From a phage, in assembly GCA_024614665.1 (NCBI GenBank), contig GCA_024614665.1_4861.1: a stretch of 64,000 nt of DNA. One strand, written 5' to 3'. Numbering within the stretch: position 1 is the stretch's first letter; each line of letters begins with the position of its first letter. Both the position numbers and the translations under genes were made by a program. Shown in pieces: positions 27,633 through 37,237 of this stretch. The notes below the pieces were generated by a model. The model was not told the DNA's origin, did not search any database, and saw only the letters and a list, made by a program, of their open reading frames with translations.

Positions 27633-28892
27633 TTACTTAGACTTTTCGTACGCACCGATACCGGCGCTGATGTAGCCGTTAACGCCGGCGATCAGGTTTT
27701 TCTGGCCAGTTGCAACGCAACGTTCGGTCCAGGAGATGTACTGGTTCGCAACGGTGATTGCACGACGTGCAACACGGACGTTGGAAGTCAGTTCAGCGTT
27801 GTCGTCGATCTTCACGCCGTCGATACGTTTCAGCAGCGCCTCAATAGCCCGCTCGTACGATTCTTGAGCCTGGTTATTTTTGTGGTACGCTTTCACGTTC
27901 TCTTCGACTGCTTTACCCAGCTGGTTGAAGAACGCAACCAGAGAAGACAGCGTCTGAGCAGACGGAGTAGAAACAGATTTTTCTACGCTGCCTTCAGCAT
28001 CGATAACGGTGAAGGAAGCTTCCAGGTCATCCCCGTTCACTTTCACGTCAGCTTTACCGATCTGGTTACCCAGCAGTTGAACTTCGCCCGCTTTGCCTGC
28101 AGTGGCTTTGTTAACCGCTGCTGCGAAGCCGCTGTTCAGTTTCCCGCCTTCAACTGCGCTGACCATGCTGGTTGCAGCTTTGACCACTGCATCCTGCTCG
28201 CCGTAGATGCTGCCGATAGTAGACAGAACACCTTTCAGGACGTTGATGTCGTTACCGACGAACTTACCACCGGTGGTCAGGTTCTTAATGAACCCACCGC
28301 TAACGGTGTCTTTCTTCTGCTTGCCCAGGCCACGCAGAGCCGCGTCATATTTCTTAGCGCGCGCCTGAATGGATTTACCCTGGTTGCTGAACTTGAGCCA
28401 GCGATCTTTGATTTTACGGCCTTGTTCTTTCAGCCAGTCGAAGATACGCTGCAGGAACGCTTTGATGTCGTCCCACAGTGATTCACGAGCAACCTGACGG
28501 CGTTTACGTGCGCCGTAAGATTCCTGCGCAACGCTTACGCGGTGATCGAATGCCCAACGTTTACGGATAGATTCCTGCGCAACGTCCAGCTGCTCAGCAG
28601 CTTCGTCAGGCATATCTTCTTCCACTTCCATTGGCTCTTCGCCATCTTCGCCTTCGCCGTCAGCAGCGGCTTCAGCAGCATCAACTGCATCCAGCTGTGC
28701 ATCAGTTTCGTCACCGTCTTCTGCCAGCACGTCTGCTTCTGCGTCCAGCTGGTCGATCGGTTTGGTGTCATGCTCGATGTCGGCCAGGGTACCTTCCACG
28801 GACTCAGCCGGCAGCTCGATGCCATCTGGAACGACAGTGCCTGCGCCTTCGACAGATTCACGAGCGAGTTTACTTTTTACAAAGTTAGCCAT
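27633..28892 (-). CDS. hypothetical protein with acidic N-terminal region, tandem paralogue A (419 aa)
   Basis: Shares N-terminus MANFVKSKLARESVE, internal VAQESIRKRWA and LGKQKK..SGGFI, and C-terminus NGYI(S/G)AGIGAYEKSK with neighbouring gene. Confidence 0.6.
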   Translation of the reverse strand: MANFVKSKLARESVEGAGTVVPDGIELPAESVEGTLADIEHDTKPIDQLDAEADVLAEDGDETDAQLDAVDAAEAAADGEGEDGEEPMEVEEDMPDEAAEQLDVAQESIRKRWAFDHRVSVAQESYGARKRRQVARESLWDDIKAFLQRIFDWLKEQGRKIKDRWLKFSNQGKSIQARAKKYDAALRGLGKQKKDTVSGGFIKNLTTGGKFVGNDINVLKGVLSTIGSIYGEQDAVVKAATSMVSAVEGGKLNSGFAAAVNKATAGKAGEVQLLGNQIGKADVKVNGDDLEASFTVIDAEGSVEKSVSTPSAQTLSSLVAFFNQLGKAVEENVKAYHKNNQAQESYERAIEALLKRIDGVKIDDNAELTSNVRVARRAITVANQYISWTERCVATGQKNLIAGVNGYISAGIGAYEKSK

Positions 28893-28969
28893 CTTTTTCT
28901 ATCCTCTAGGCGGTACGCCGTGTACCGCCATTAATGATTTGTCAACTGACGTTCAGTACGTAAAGCGGA

Positions 28970-30247
28970 TTAAGCTTTAGACTTTTCGTACGCGCCAATA
29001 CCAGCGCCGATGTAGCCGTTCAGGCCGCTGATAACAGTGTTACCAACGTGAGCCACAGCACGGTTCAGAGTCTGGTAGTTACGCACAGCCTGGTCAGCTG
29101 CAGTGCGTGCATTACGCAGCGCTTCCCACTCGCCTTCGTCGTTGGATTTTTTCAGAGCGGCAGCAGCTTTGGCAGCAGCCTCTTCCAGTTTCTCAACGTC
29201 AGCATCGTAGCTGCGGAAGTCTTGCAGGACTTTCTCGAAGCCTTTACCGATAACGTCCAGGGCAGACGCAGCAGATGCCAGTGCAGAAATAGCCGGAGTA
29301 GCGATTTCTTTCGTTTCAGAAACGTCACCCGTCGACAGGAAGGCCACTGCGGTGAATTCCTGACCGCCTGCCAGAGTTTTGGTGCCGGTCTGTACATAGG
29401 CGTTGCCTGGCAGTGCCAGAACTTTCTGACCGCCTTCGCCGTCTTCGAATTGCGGCAGTGCGCGCAGTTTCTTCGCAGCGGTACCAAACAGGGCAACGTC
29501 AACAGCGCCTTTAGCAGCGGTTGCGGTACCGTCTGAAGTTTTGGTGATCGCTACAGCAGAGTCAGCCGCCTGAGAGGACAGCTTGTTGATAGCATCTTTC
29601 GCTTTACCGCCGGTCAGCTCTTTCGCGATAGCGATAGAGTTGGCCACATCGAATTCACCTTCGATAGACAGTTTGCTAATAAAGCCACCAGAAATGTTTT
29701 CTTTCTTCTGTTTGCCGAGCTTACGCAGCATCTCCTGGTAAGCTTTCGCACGTTTCTGCGCGGACTTACCAACGTTGATGTACTTCAGTTTCAGCTCTTT
29801 CGCTTTCGCGATAACTGCTTTACACAGTTCAACGAAGCGTTCGAACAGATCTTTCAGGGTTTCTTTCCAGCCTTCCTGAGCTGCTTTGGTCATGCCACGG
29901 CCACGGCGATAAGATTCGCGTGCCAGTTTGGTACGATCGATAGCCCAACGTTTACGGATAGATTCCTGCGCCACTTCGGTGTGAGCGATGGCTTCTTCAG
30001 GCATCTCTTCACCGTTTTCGATTTTTTCGTCAGCAGCGTCGATAGCAGCTTCGGTACGCTCGGTATCAGCAGCCAGAGTTTCCTGGTCACCATCGAGCTG
30101 TTCCAGCTGACCGTCGATAGACGCAACTTCTGCCAGCTGAACGTCGATGTTCTCTTCTGCCGGTTCAACGTTGCTCAGACCGTCGATTACGTCGCCGGTA
30201 GCTTCAACGGACTCGCGGGCGAGTTTACTTTTTACAAAGTTTGCCAT
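28970..30247 (-). CDS. hypothetical protein with acidic N-terminal region, tandem paralogue B (425 aa)
   Basis: Paralogue of 27633..28892; first about 14 codons and last about 20 codons nearly identical at nucleotide level. Confidence 0.6.
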   Translation of the reverse strand: MANFVKSKLARESVEATGDVIDGLSNVEPAEENIDVQLAEVASIDGQLEQLDGDQETLAADTERTEAAIDAADEKIENGEEMPEEAIAHTEVAQESIRKRWAIDRTKLARESYRRGRGMTKAAQEGWKETLKDLFERFVELCKAVIAKAKELKLKYINVGKSAQKRAKAYQEMLRKLGKQKKENISGGFISKLSIEGEFDVANSIAIAKELTGGKAKDAINKLSSQAADSAVAITKTSDGTATAAKGAVDVALFGTAAKKLRALPQFEDGEGGQKVLALPGNAYVQTGTKTLAGGQEFTAVAFLSTGDVSETKEIATPAISALASAASALDVIGKGFEKVLQDFRSYDADVEKLEEAAAKAAAALKKSNDEGEWEALRNARTAADQAVRNYQTLNRAVAHVGNTVISGLNGYIGAGIGAYEKSKA

Positions 30248-30303
30248 TTGTTTCGGTTCCTTTGGTTATAACCCAATTACACGCCCCTAGATAAGGGGCC
30301 CCC

Positions 30304-30861
30304 TTAGGGACGTGCGATTTTTAAAAACACTGCTAACGACGAGATCATATCGGATAACCCGTTCGGACGTGTCAACCAACGTGCCAGCAGTTCGTGGTCT
30401 GCATAAGATAATAGACGCCGGTCAGGCGTGTACGTCTGATGCGCAGTTCCCATTTGGCGAACTTGCCCACTACGGCCGTAAGCCGCAGCAAGAAGTCGTG
30501 AGCCCAGGGAACCGGTTCGCTCTACTTGCTTGGTAGAGTGGATATCGTTCATGTACGATACCAGAAGAACGGACCACTGTCCTGTTGACACTGTACGGCG
30601 TTTACCGTCAAGTATGAACGATGCAGTTTCGTTATAGAACGTATTAAACGTAAAACCGACCTGCGGATATTCGTCATATAATACTTGTTGGACAGAGTCA
30701 GCGCCCATCATGCGGAAATACGGCAGCACGACGGCTGCAGCTTCCAGGGTTTCATGTATCAGTTCGTCGTCATGAACCAGCACGGGGTTTTGGGTCAGTT
30801 TCGCCATGTAGTTTTTAATCAACTTCTCGGCGAGGTTAAAATTCTGGTCATTGTCAAACAT
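30304..30861 (-). CDS. hypothetical protein (185 aa)
   Basis: ORF track. Confidence 0.5.
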   Translation of the reverse strand: MFDNDQNFNLAEKLIKNYMAKLTQNPVLVHDDELIHETLEAAAVVLPYFRMMGADSVQQVLYDEYPQVGFTFNTFYNETASFILDGKRRTVSTGQWSVLLVSYMNDIHSTKQVERTGSLGSRLLAAAYGRSGQVRQMGTAHQTYTPDRRLLSYADHELLARWLTRPNGLSDMISSLAVFLKIARP

Positions 30862-30884
30862 GAGACTCTCCTGATAATACGGCC

Positions 30885-31817
30885 TTAAACCAGACCGTAT
30901 TTTTTCTCCAGACGTTCACGTTTGTACTTGAGTTCCATCAAGCGCTTTTCGTGCGCTTCGATGAGTTTCTCAATGTGCACGTCCCCTTCACCGGCAGCCA
31001 GTTGTTTCTTGTACAACAGAATACGCAGTTCAGTCGCTTTCGCGGCTTCCACGCACTCGTCATAACGATCCATTTGCCATTCTGCAATATTCAGACGCAC
31101 GCGGTAGACGATCGACAGCGGGAACGGGACGGAGGACATGCCCAGCGGGTCAGTGGTGTTCGAACCGAACTGCTGAACCAATTGGCTATATGTCTCTTCG
31201 TCAAACACCGCTTCGGGTATCTCAGCGTAGTCTGCTTTCAGTTTGGTAATGGGGGTTGCCAGGACGCGCACCGCAATACAGAAAGACGTCTTACGAGTTT
31301 GCAGATACTGAAGGTCTTTCGGACCGATTCCCTTCACTGCAATGTTCGAGTCTTGTACAGCGGCAATCTCTTCGGCCGTGATGTAGTTAATCAGGGTGCT
31401 AGCGTAACCGACGAAGAATTCGATCATATCCAGCAACTGCAACACGGTTTGTTTGTTGAACGTTAGAGATGATGTCACCAACGTCTTCCCGATGTCACGG
31501 TCGATACACTGCTCCAGGAAAGGTCGCAGCGCCTGTACGTTCTGCATAGACGCGATGACGTACTCCAGCATACTTGCGTTACGTAACCCTTTAACTTCCA
31601 AACCGGAGCTATGCAGGTACTTAACGATTTCAGTAGAAAGGTCTGCAACAGGCTTCGCTTTAAATGGCTTACCCTGGATACTTCCTACCAGTTCCTGGAG
31701 GTTCTGGAACTGTGGCTCTAACGCAGCAATCGAGTCGCAGTTAGATGACAGTTGATTTTTTAAGTTGGTGGCTTCGAAGCTCGGCAGCAACATCGCCAAC
31801 ATATTCGGAATCGGCAT
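30885..31817 (-). CDS. hypothetical protein (about 310 aa)
   Basis: Track ORF 30885..31862; in-frame ATG 31817 preceded by AAGGGG avoids 35-nt overlap with upstream gene. Confidence 0.5.
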   Translation of the reverse strand: MPIPNMLAMLLPSFEATNLKNQLSSNCDSIAALEPQFQNLQELVGSIQGKPFKAKPVADLSTEIVKYLHSSGLEVKGLRNASMLEYVIASMQNVQALRPFLEQCIDRDIGKTLVTSSLTFNKQTVLQLLDMIEFFVGYASTLINYITAEEIAAVQDSNIAVKGIGPKDLQYLQTRKTSFCIAVRVLATPITKLKADYAEIPEAVFDEETYSQLVQQFGSNTTDPLGMSSVPFPLSIVYRVRLNIAEWQMDRYDECVEAAKATELRILLYKKQLAAGEGDVHIEKLIEAHEKRLMELKYKRERLEKKYGLV

Positions 31818-31827
31818 TCTTTTCCCC

Positions 31828-32946
31828 TTACAGTACCGGATTCGCGCCAGCGCGATAGGCATCGATGATTTTGTTTACATCGCCGCTACCGGACTTCGCC
31901 TTGCTAAAGTCTGATTTGTCGAGTTCCTGAGACCCGGTCTGACCACGCGTATAAATGGTTACACGGTTCCAGGTCTGGTCGACAACCACGTAGTAAACAG
32001 TCAGGGTGTCTTTGAACACACGCTGGCGGATATTGTAATCATCGAAGTCACCGCCCAGCTGAGCAGTCAGATCGTCGATAGTTTCTTGAGAAACCACCAT
32101 AACCGAAGACGCGTTGTTGATGGATGGGCTCAGTGTCAGCAGGCCAGACAGCCAGTTGGCGTTTTTCTTTTCCATCATCTTGCGGTAATAACCGGACTTA
32201 TCACGGAAGCGGTTCTTACGGTATTCTTCGATGAGGTCATTACACAGCGCGATATCTTTCGCATAGCTGAGAGAGCCTACCTTCGCACGCAGTACGCGTT
32301 CCCAGAATGTTTTGGTCTGATCGCTGAACGCAATCAGTGTCTTCATTTCATCGGTCGGCAGAGACTTCACATCAAGACGCAGACGCATCGGCAGCTCGAC
32401 TTTATTACCGTCACGTTCGAAGGTAACAGAGAACACTTTACCGTTGGACAGACCTTCTTGATCATGCAGGAGCTTCAGCGTGTTGTTCGGCAGCACAGAA
32501 CCTGCGGACGATTCAGTCGCTACTTTGTTATCGGATTTCTGGCGACGGGATTCACCGACCGCAAGCCCGATTTTATCGTATGACGGCAGCGCGTGACGGG
32601 AGGACTCGCCGATAGCGAAAGACGCTAAGCGAGAACCCGAACGTGCAGCCGCGTCGAGGGCATTACGACGGGTGCTAACCTGGTCAAGCGTACCAAGGAT
32701 ATCAACCTCAGGAACACCTACCAGAATTGAGATGGCGGTAAGTTGGTTGCCCGCGAGCAGGATTTGGATTTTCTCCAGAATACCTGGCAGGTAATCTAAG
32801 CCCAACAGACTTTGTTCAACCAGCGTGGTGTGCTCGTTGTACAGCACAGAGTTGAATTCTTCCGTCGATTCCGCCCGCTGGCGAAGCAGCATGGGAAACT
32901 TAGAAAGAAAGGAGACGAGCGATGTCTCAAATGTTTTTTCTGCCAT
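31828..32946 (-). CDS. hypothetical protein (372 aa)
   Basis: ORF track; ATG 32946; head-to-head with plus gene. Confidence 0.55.
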   Translation of the reverse strand: MAEKTFETSLVSFLSKFPMLLRQRAESTEEFNSVLYNEHTTLVEQSLLGLDYLPGILEKIQILLAGNQLTAISILVGVPEVDILGTLDQVSTRRNALDAAARSGSRLASFAIGESSRHALPSYDKIGLAVGESRRQKSDNKVATESSAGSVLPNNTLKLLHDQEGLSNGKVFSVTFERDGNKVELPMRLRLDVKSLPTDEMKTLIAFSDQTKTFWERVLRAKVGSLSYAKDIALCNDLIEEYRKNRFRDKSGYYRKMMEKKNANWLSGLLTLSPSINNASSVMVVSQETIDDLTAQLGGDFDDYNIRQRVFKDTLTVYYVVVDQTWNRVTIYTRGQTGSQELDKSDFSKAKSGSGDVNKIIDAYRAGANPVL

Positions 32947-32968
32947 TTTTAACTAAACTCCGGAGTTA

Positions 32969-34231
32969 ATGATGAGTAACGAGACCGATAAGAACGATCC
33001 GGGGTATGACCCGAATACCGACTACGACAATTCGTATCAAAACCCGAATAATATCGATGCAGTACCATCGGTCGCCGACTACTTTGACCGTCGACTGTCC
33101 GATGCGAAACCCACCACGGCGTACAACGTTAATGATGAGTTATCGGGTTGGAATGACCGTATCCGTCTTACGTTAGGTTTGGGTCTGGCTGCGCAGCGTG
33201 TGACCAACCCCTACATGGGGTTCAACCATATGATGGCGTCGAACCCGACGCCTGTTAACCGTGAGTACGGTGGCCTAACCTTCATTACCCGCCCTGACTT
33301 CAACTTGTGCTTTGACAACATTGCCAACTCGCGCAAGATGTCGAACATGGCTTCTCAGCCGAAATCGTCACTCGACTATTCCATTCTGGCAGCGTTAGAC
33401 CCAGATTTTGAATTGGGGTTCTCTGATTCACCGATGGAAGATGGGCGAAGAAAGAACCGTTTGGGCACGCCATTCATGAAGGACATTATGTTTGACAATC
33501 TTCAGGCATTCATACCATTGCTGAGTACGCAGATGCTGAGCCTCTCGGGGATGCCTGACCAGTCTGTCGATAACTGGATGTCTGAAGAAGGTTTAATGCG
33601 CGAACAGTGGGGTATGGTTGACTCCACACATGAAATCAATAACCAGTACAGCATGTCAATGTCGCTGAACAACCCATACGGCAACCCCATCATGCGAATG
33701 ATGGGCGTGTGGCTGGAATATATGTCCGGCATTAAGATGGGTAAGTTCAAACCGAAGATGCGTAATTCCATCCAGCGTCGCATTGACTACCAGTCGAGGA
33801 TGTACGGGTTTAAATACGATGCGCTCGGAAACATCACTCGTTTCTGGACAGCGTGTGTTTGTTGGCCAATGAACGATAACGCCGGTCAAATGGCGAATGT
33901 CGATAACACCAAGCCTCAATTAAATGACGACACCACAATTAACCTCAACTGGCAATGCATCGGGGCGCGCTTCGATGACCCATTGTACATGGAGATGTTC
34001 AACTTGACGGTGTCTATGTTTAACCCGGATATGATGCCGCAACCAGGGAGCGTTGCAGCGGGCAACTTTATCCCGATTGCTGAAGACCAGCTTGTGCCGA
34101 TTGCACCACAGCTACTACCGCTGTTCAACTACTACGGCTATCCGCACATCGACTCCCTGCGTCGTAAACTGACCTGGTATGTTTATCAGGCAGATTACCA
34201 ATTCATCCTTAAACGAGCGGGCTTACTGTAA
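32969..34231 (+). CDS. hypothetical protein (about 420 aa)
   Basis: ORF track; tandem ATGs 32969/32972 with GGAG RBS; stop overlaps next start (TAATG). Confidence 0.55.
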   Translation: MMSNETDKNDPGYDPNTDYDNSYQNPNNIDAVPSVADYFDRRLSDAKPTTAYNVNDELSGWNDRIRLTLGLGLAAQRVTNPYMGFNHMMASNPTPVNREYGGLTFITRPDFNLCFDNIANSRKMSNMASQPKSSLDYSILAALDPDFELGFSDSPMEDGRRKNRLGTPFMKDIMFDNLQAFIPLLSTQMLSLSGMPDQSVDNWMSEEGLMREQWGMVDSTHEINNQYSMSMSLNNPYGNPIMRMMGVWLEYMSGIKMGKFKPKMRNSIQRRIDYQSRMYGFKYDALGNITRFWTACVCWPMNDNAGQMANVDNTKPQLNDDTTINLNWQCIGARFDDPLYMEMFNLTVSMFNPDMMPQPGSVAAGNFIPIAEDQLVPIAPQLLPLFNYYGYPHIDSLRRKLTWYVYQADYQFILKRAGLL

Positions 34232-37191
34232 TGACTACGAAAACGTACGACGCATTATCGAAAGACTTGCTACTGATGGCACATAACCCATCAGCAATGC
34301 AGTCGTTAATGCTGAACCAGCTCCAAGACGTGCAGGACGCCGACGGGCAAATCCTGCTACGTGACCCGACCGACCCGGTGGTCTACATGACCGAAGTCGG
34401 AATTACGATGGGCCACACGATTATCCAGGGCGATCGGGACACCATTCCGAAAATGTTCCCCTCTATGGCACAAACTCACGATGATCTGTTCCGCCACATG
34501 TCTGACGTGGATTATGTCGATGTTTTTGCCCAGCCATCACAAGCGACCTTACTGCTGCTTCTAGATGTCGACTCTCTATTAGCGAAGGCGATGCCATTAA
34601 ACGTGGCAGGTATTCGTAAAGTCGTGATTCCACGGGATACCGTCTTTACTGTTTCAGGTTACAACTTTGCCATTCAGTATCCCATCGAAATTCGAGTGCT
34701 GCCGTATGGTACCGTTGATAATCCAGCTTTCCAAGTCTTGTGGATTACCGAAACCCAGTCACCGATATCGCCCGTAACCACTAACGCGTTGGACTGGGAA
34801 CTGACAAGTGTTCCCAGCACACCGTCGCAGATACTGGCTATCCGTATTCCGGTGATGCAGTACAGTGTAAAGGACGAGAACGATACGTTGTTGGGGCAGA
34901 ACACGTTTGTGATGACGCGCACGTTCACCAACAAGTTCTTCTACGCACGGGTGTGGAATAAACCGTCCAATTCAAACACCTGGACAGAAATCCATCACAC
35001 GCACAGTCGTGACGTTTACGATCCAAACACACCTACGGCGCTGATTCAAGTCGTTAACCAGTCCATTCGCTGTACGATACCGTCTATCTACATGGCGAAG
35101 AACCTGGTAAGTGGTGAAATCCGCATGGACGTATATACGACCATCGGGCCACTCGACCTCGACGTTTCTGCATTTCCGGCGGACGAGTACACCTTCTCAT
35201 TGCGCGACTTGAACGGTGAATACGATGCGGGATACATCAACCCGTTGAAATCATTCTCCATCAAAATGTTGGTTGCGGAAGAAGGCAGTTACGCCACTGG
35301 GGGGCGTACACAACTTTCGTTTGATGAGTTGCGTGACCGTGTGGTAAACAATGCAGTGGGGATTCGCAAACTGCCAGTAACAGAGAAACAGTTAGAAGCC
35401 ACAGTATCGGATTACGGCCTGACCTTGTCCAAGCCGAACGATTACGTAACTGGGCGTACTTACTTCCTGACTGCGCCGATGCCGGAGTCCACGTTATCTA
35501 AAGTGAGTTCCCCTATCGGGACCATCACCGCCCCGCTGTACTTTAGCTGGGATGAACTGGTGAAACTGCCGACGGTCCGTATTAACGGCAACCGTTTGAC
35601 GATTGAGCCGGATACGCTGTATCGCTTTACGGATACCAGTCTGCAAATCGATGCGGAGATGACCATCCTTGCGAAGACCATGCGTAAAGAAGATTTGGTT
35701 AACGCGGGTAACACTAACCGTTACCTGTTCACACCGTTCCATTACGTGGTGGACATTAACAACAAATCTTGCGATGTTCGTATTTACCAACTCGATAAAC
35801 CGCAGTTGAACTCAAAACGTTTCGTTAGCACCAACGTGACAACGGAGCTGAGTGTTGTCACTGCAGATTATCAGATTGAGAAAACGAGCGAAGGTTATAT
35901 CCTGCGCACTGTGACTAAGTCAGAACCGCCATACCAGGCGTTAAGTGATGACCAAGTCTTTGCGCAGATTTCCTTCTCGCCACGCAACGCAGACGGTAAG
36001 TTGGCGTACATCAACGGCACCTTAGTGGGTCGTCAAGGTTCGGAGCGTGTATGGGAATTCTTGTTGAAAACCAATCTCGATGTTGACCGTAACGATGAGC
36101 TGATTATCAACAACACCCGAATCACCACCGAAGTGGATGTGGACACACCTGCACCGTTGTTAACCGAGTATAACGTGTTCTACGGCTGTACGGGTTACTA
36201 CCCCGGTAATTACGAACGCGCTGAAATGGATACAATGATTGTACCGCCTGCGCGCGATGGTATTGGGATTACTCATGAGATTTTCAAAATCGAGCTGGGT
36301 AAAGCCATGTCCTATTACTGGCGAAAAGCACGTGCAGTAACGGACAGCATCAACTACGAATACTACCAGAAGGACGTTCTGGCGTATTGGGAAAAGGATG
36401 TTATTAAAACCAAAGAAGATGGTGTAACGCCTGAGTATACGTACGACCCTAATGCTGTTCCACCGTTGCAAATCACGTACCTGCATCGCAAAGGCGATCC
36501 GAAAATAGACCCGGTCACCGGTGAACAAGAAATCGCACACCACGTTGGGGAGCAAATCTTCGACGGGAACGGTCAGCCTATTATTGCGAAACCGCGCAGT
36601 ATTAAGTTCCGTAGTGAAATGGCTGTCTTTGATGCCCGTTATAAGTTCGCAACCTCGAAGGCGGTTAAAACGTACCTTGATAGCGTAATTGACAACATCA
36701 TCAACTATGTTACGGTGGTACTGCCTAATCTGAAACCGCTGCTGTTGGAGCAAACTGAAGGCTTCTTTGTTCCTATCACCACGATGGGTTATATCGACGT
36801 ACGTACCGAAGACGGGGTTGTGTCACCACTGCCTGCTGAAAACCAGTTCACTGTCAAATATTACCTCACGGCAGCGAACCGCGCAAACAGCGAGCTTCTG
36901 GCACAAATCCGGAAACGGACTTCGCAAGTCATTAACGATTATCTGTCAACACATCTGACCGTTTCAGCAACCGAGATTGGTAATGCGCTACGCACCACGC
37001 TTAACGATGCCATTATCGGTGTTGAACTCGACGACATGGGGCCAGATAAAGACCTGCGACTGTTCACTGTCATTACCGAAGCGGCACGTGCCACGATTGG
37101 TAAGAAGCTCGATATCGAAGCCAATGGCGACATCGGTTTGAAAGATGACATCGTACTGTCGTACAACCGTCACGATACCGAAAAAGAATAA
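34231..37191 (+). CDS. hypothetical protein (986 aa)
   Basis: Long ORF translationally coupled to upstream gene; ends at a canonical terminator. Confidence 0.6.
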   Translation: MTTKTYDALSKDLLLMAHNPSAMQSLMLNQLQDVQDADGQILLRDPTDPVVYMTEVGITMGHTIIQGDRDTIPKMFPSMAQTHDDLFRHMSDVDYVDVFAQPSQATLLLLLDVDSLLAKAMPLNVAGIRKVVIPRDTVFTVSGYNFAIQYPIEIRVLPYGTVDNPAFQVLWITETQSPISPVTTNALDWELTSVPSTPSQILAIRIPVMQYSVKDENDTLLGQNTFVMTRTFTNKFFYARVWNKPSNSNTWTEIHHTHSRDVYDPNTPTALIQVVNQSIRCTIPSIYMAKNLVSGEIRMDVYTTIGPLDLDVSAFPADEYTFSLRDLNGEYDAGYINPLKSFSIKMLVAEEGSYATGGRTQLSFDELRDRVVNNAVGIRKLPVTEKQLEATVSDYGLTLSKPNDYVTGRTYFLTAPMPESTLSKVSSPIGTITAPLYFSWDELVKLPTVRINGNRLTIEPDTLYRFTDTSLQIDAEMTILAKTMRKEDLVNAGNTNRYLFTPFHYVVDINNKSCDVRIYQLDKPQLNSKRFVSTNVTTELSVVTADYQIEKTSEGYILRTVTKSEPPYQALSDDQVFAQISFSPRNADGKLAYINGTLVGRQGSERVWEFLLKTNLDVDRNDELIINNTRITTEVDVDTPAPLLTEYNVFYGCTGYYPGNYERAEMDTMIVPPARDGIGITHEIFKIELGKAMSYYWRKARAVTDSINYEYYQKDVLAYWEKDVIKTKEDGVTPEYTYDPNAVPPLQITYLHRKGDPKIDPVTGEQEIAHHVGEQIFDGNGQPIIAKPRSIKFRSEMAVFDARYKFATSKAVKTYLDSVIDNIINYVTVVLPNLKPLLLEQTEGFFVPITTMGYIDVRTEDGVVSPLPAENQFTVKYYLTAANRANSELLAQIRKRTSQVINDYLSTHLTVSATEIGNALRTTLNDAIIGVELDDMGPDKDLRLFTVITEAARATIGKKLDIEANGDIGLKDDIVLSYNRHDTEKE

Positions 37192-37237
37192 AAAGCACTA
37201 CCCTCTCCCGAAGGAGAGGGTAGCCTTTTATTTTATT
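37181..37237. terminator. bidirectional intrinsic terminator
   Basis: A-tract, stem ctaccctctcc/ggagagggtag with CGAA loop, T-tract ccttttattttatt; between convergent genes. Confidence 0.7.

Noticed and set aside
36856-36866. Plus-strand AAATATTACC resembling the promoter core, inside gene 34231..37191
   Set aside because: Partial match only, inside coding sequence with no downstream plus-strand gene before the terminator.
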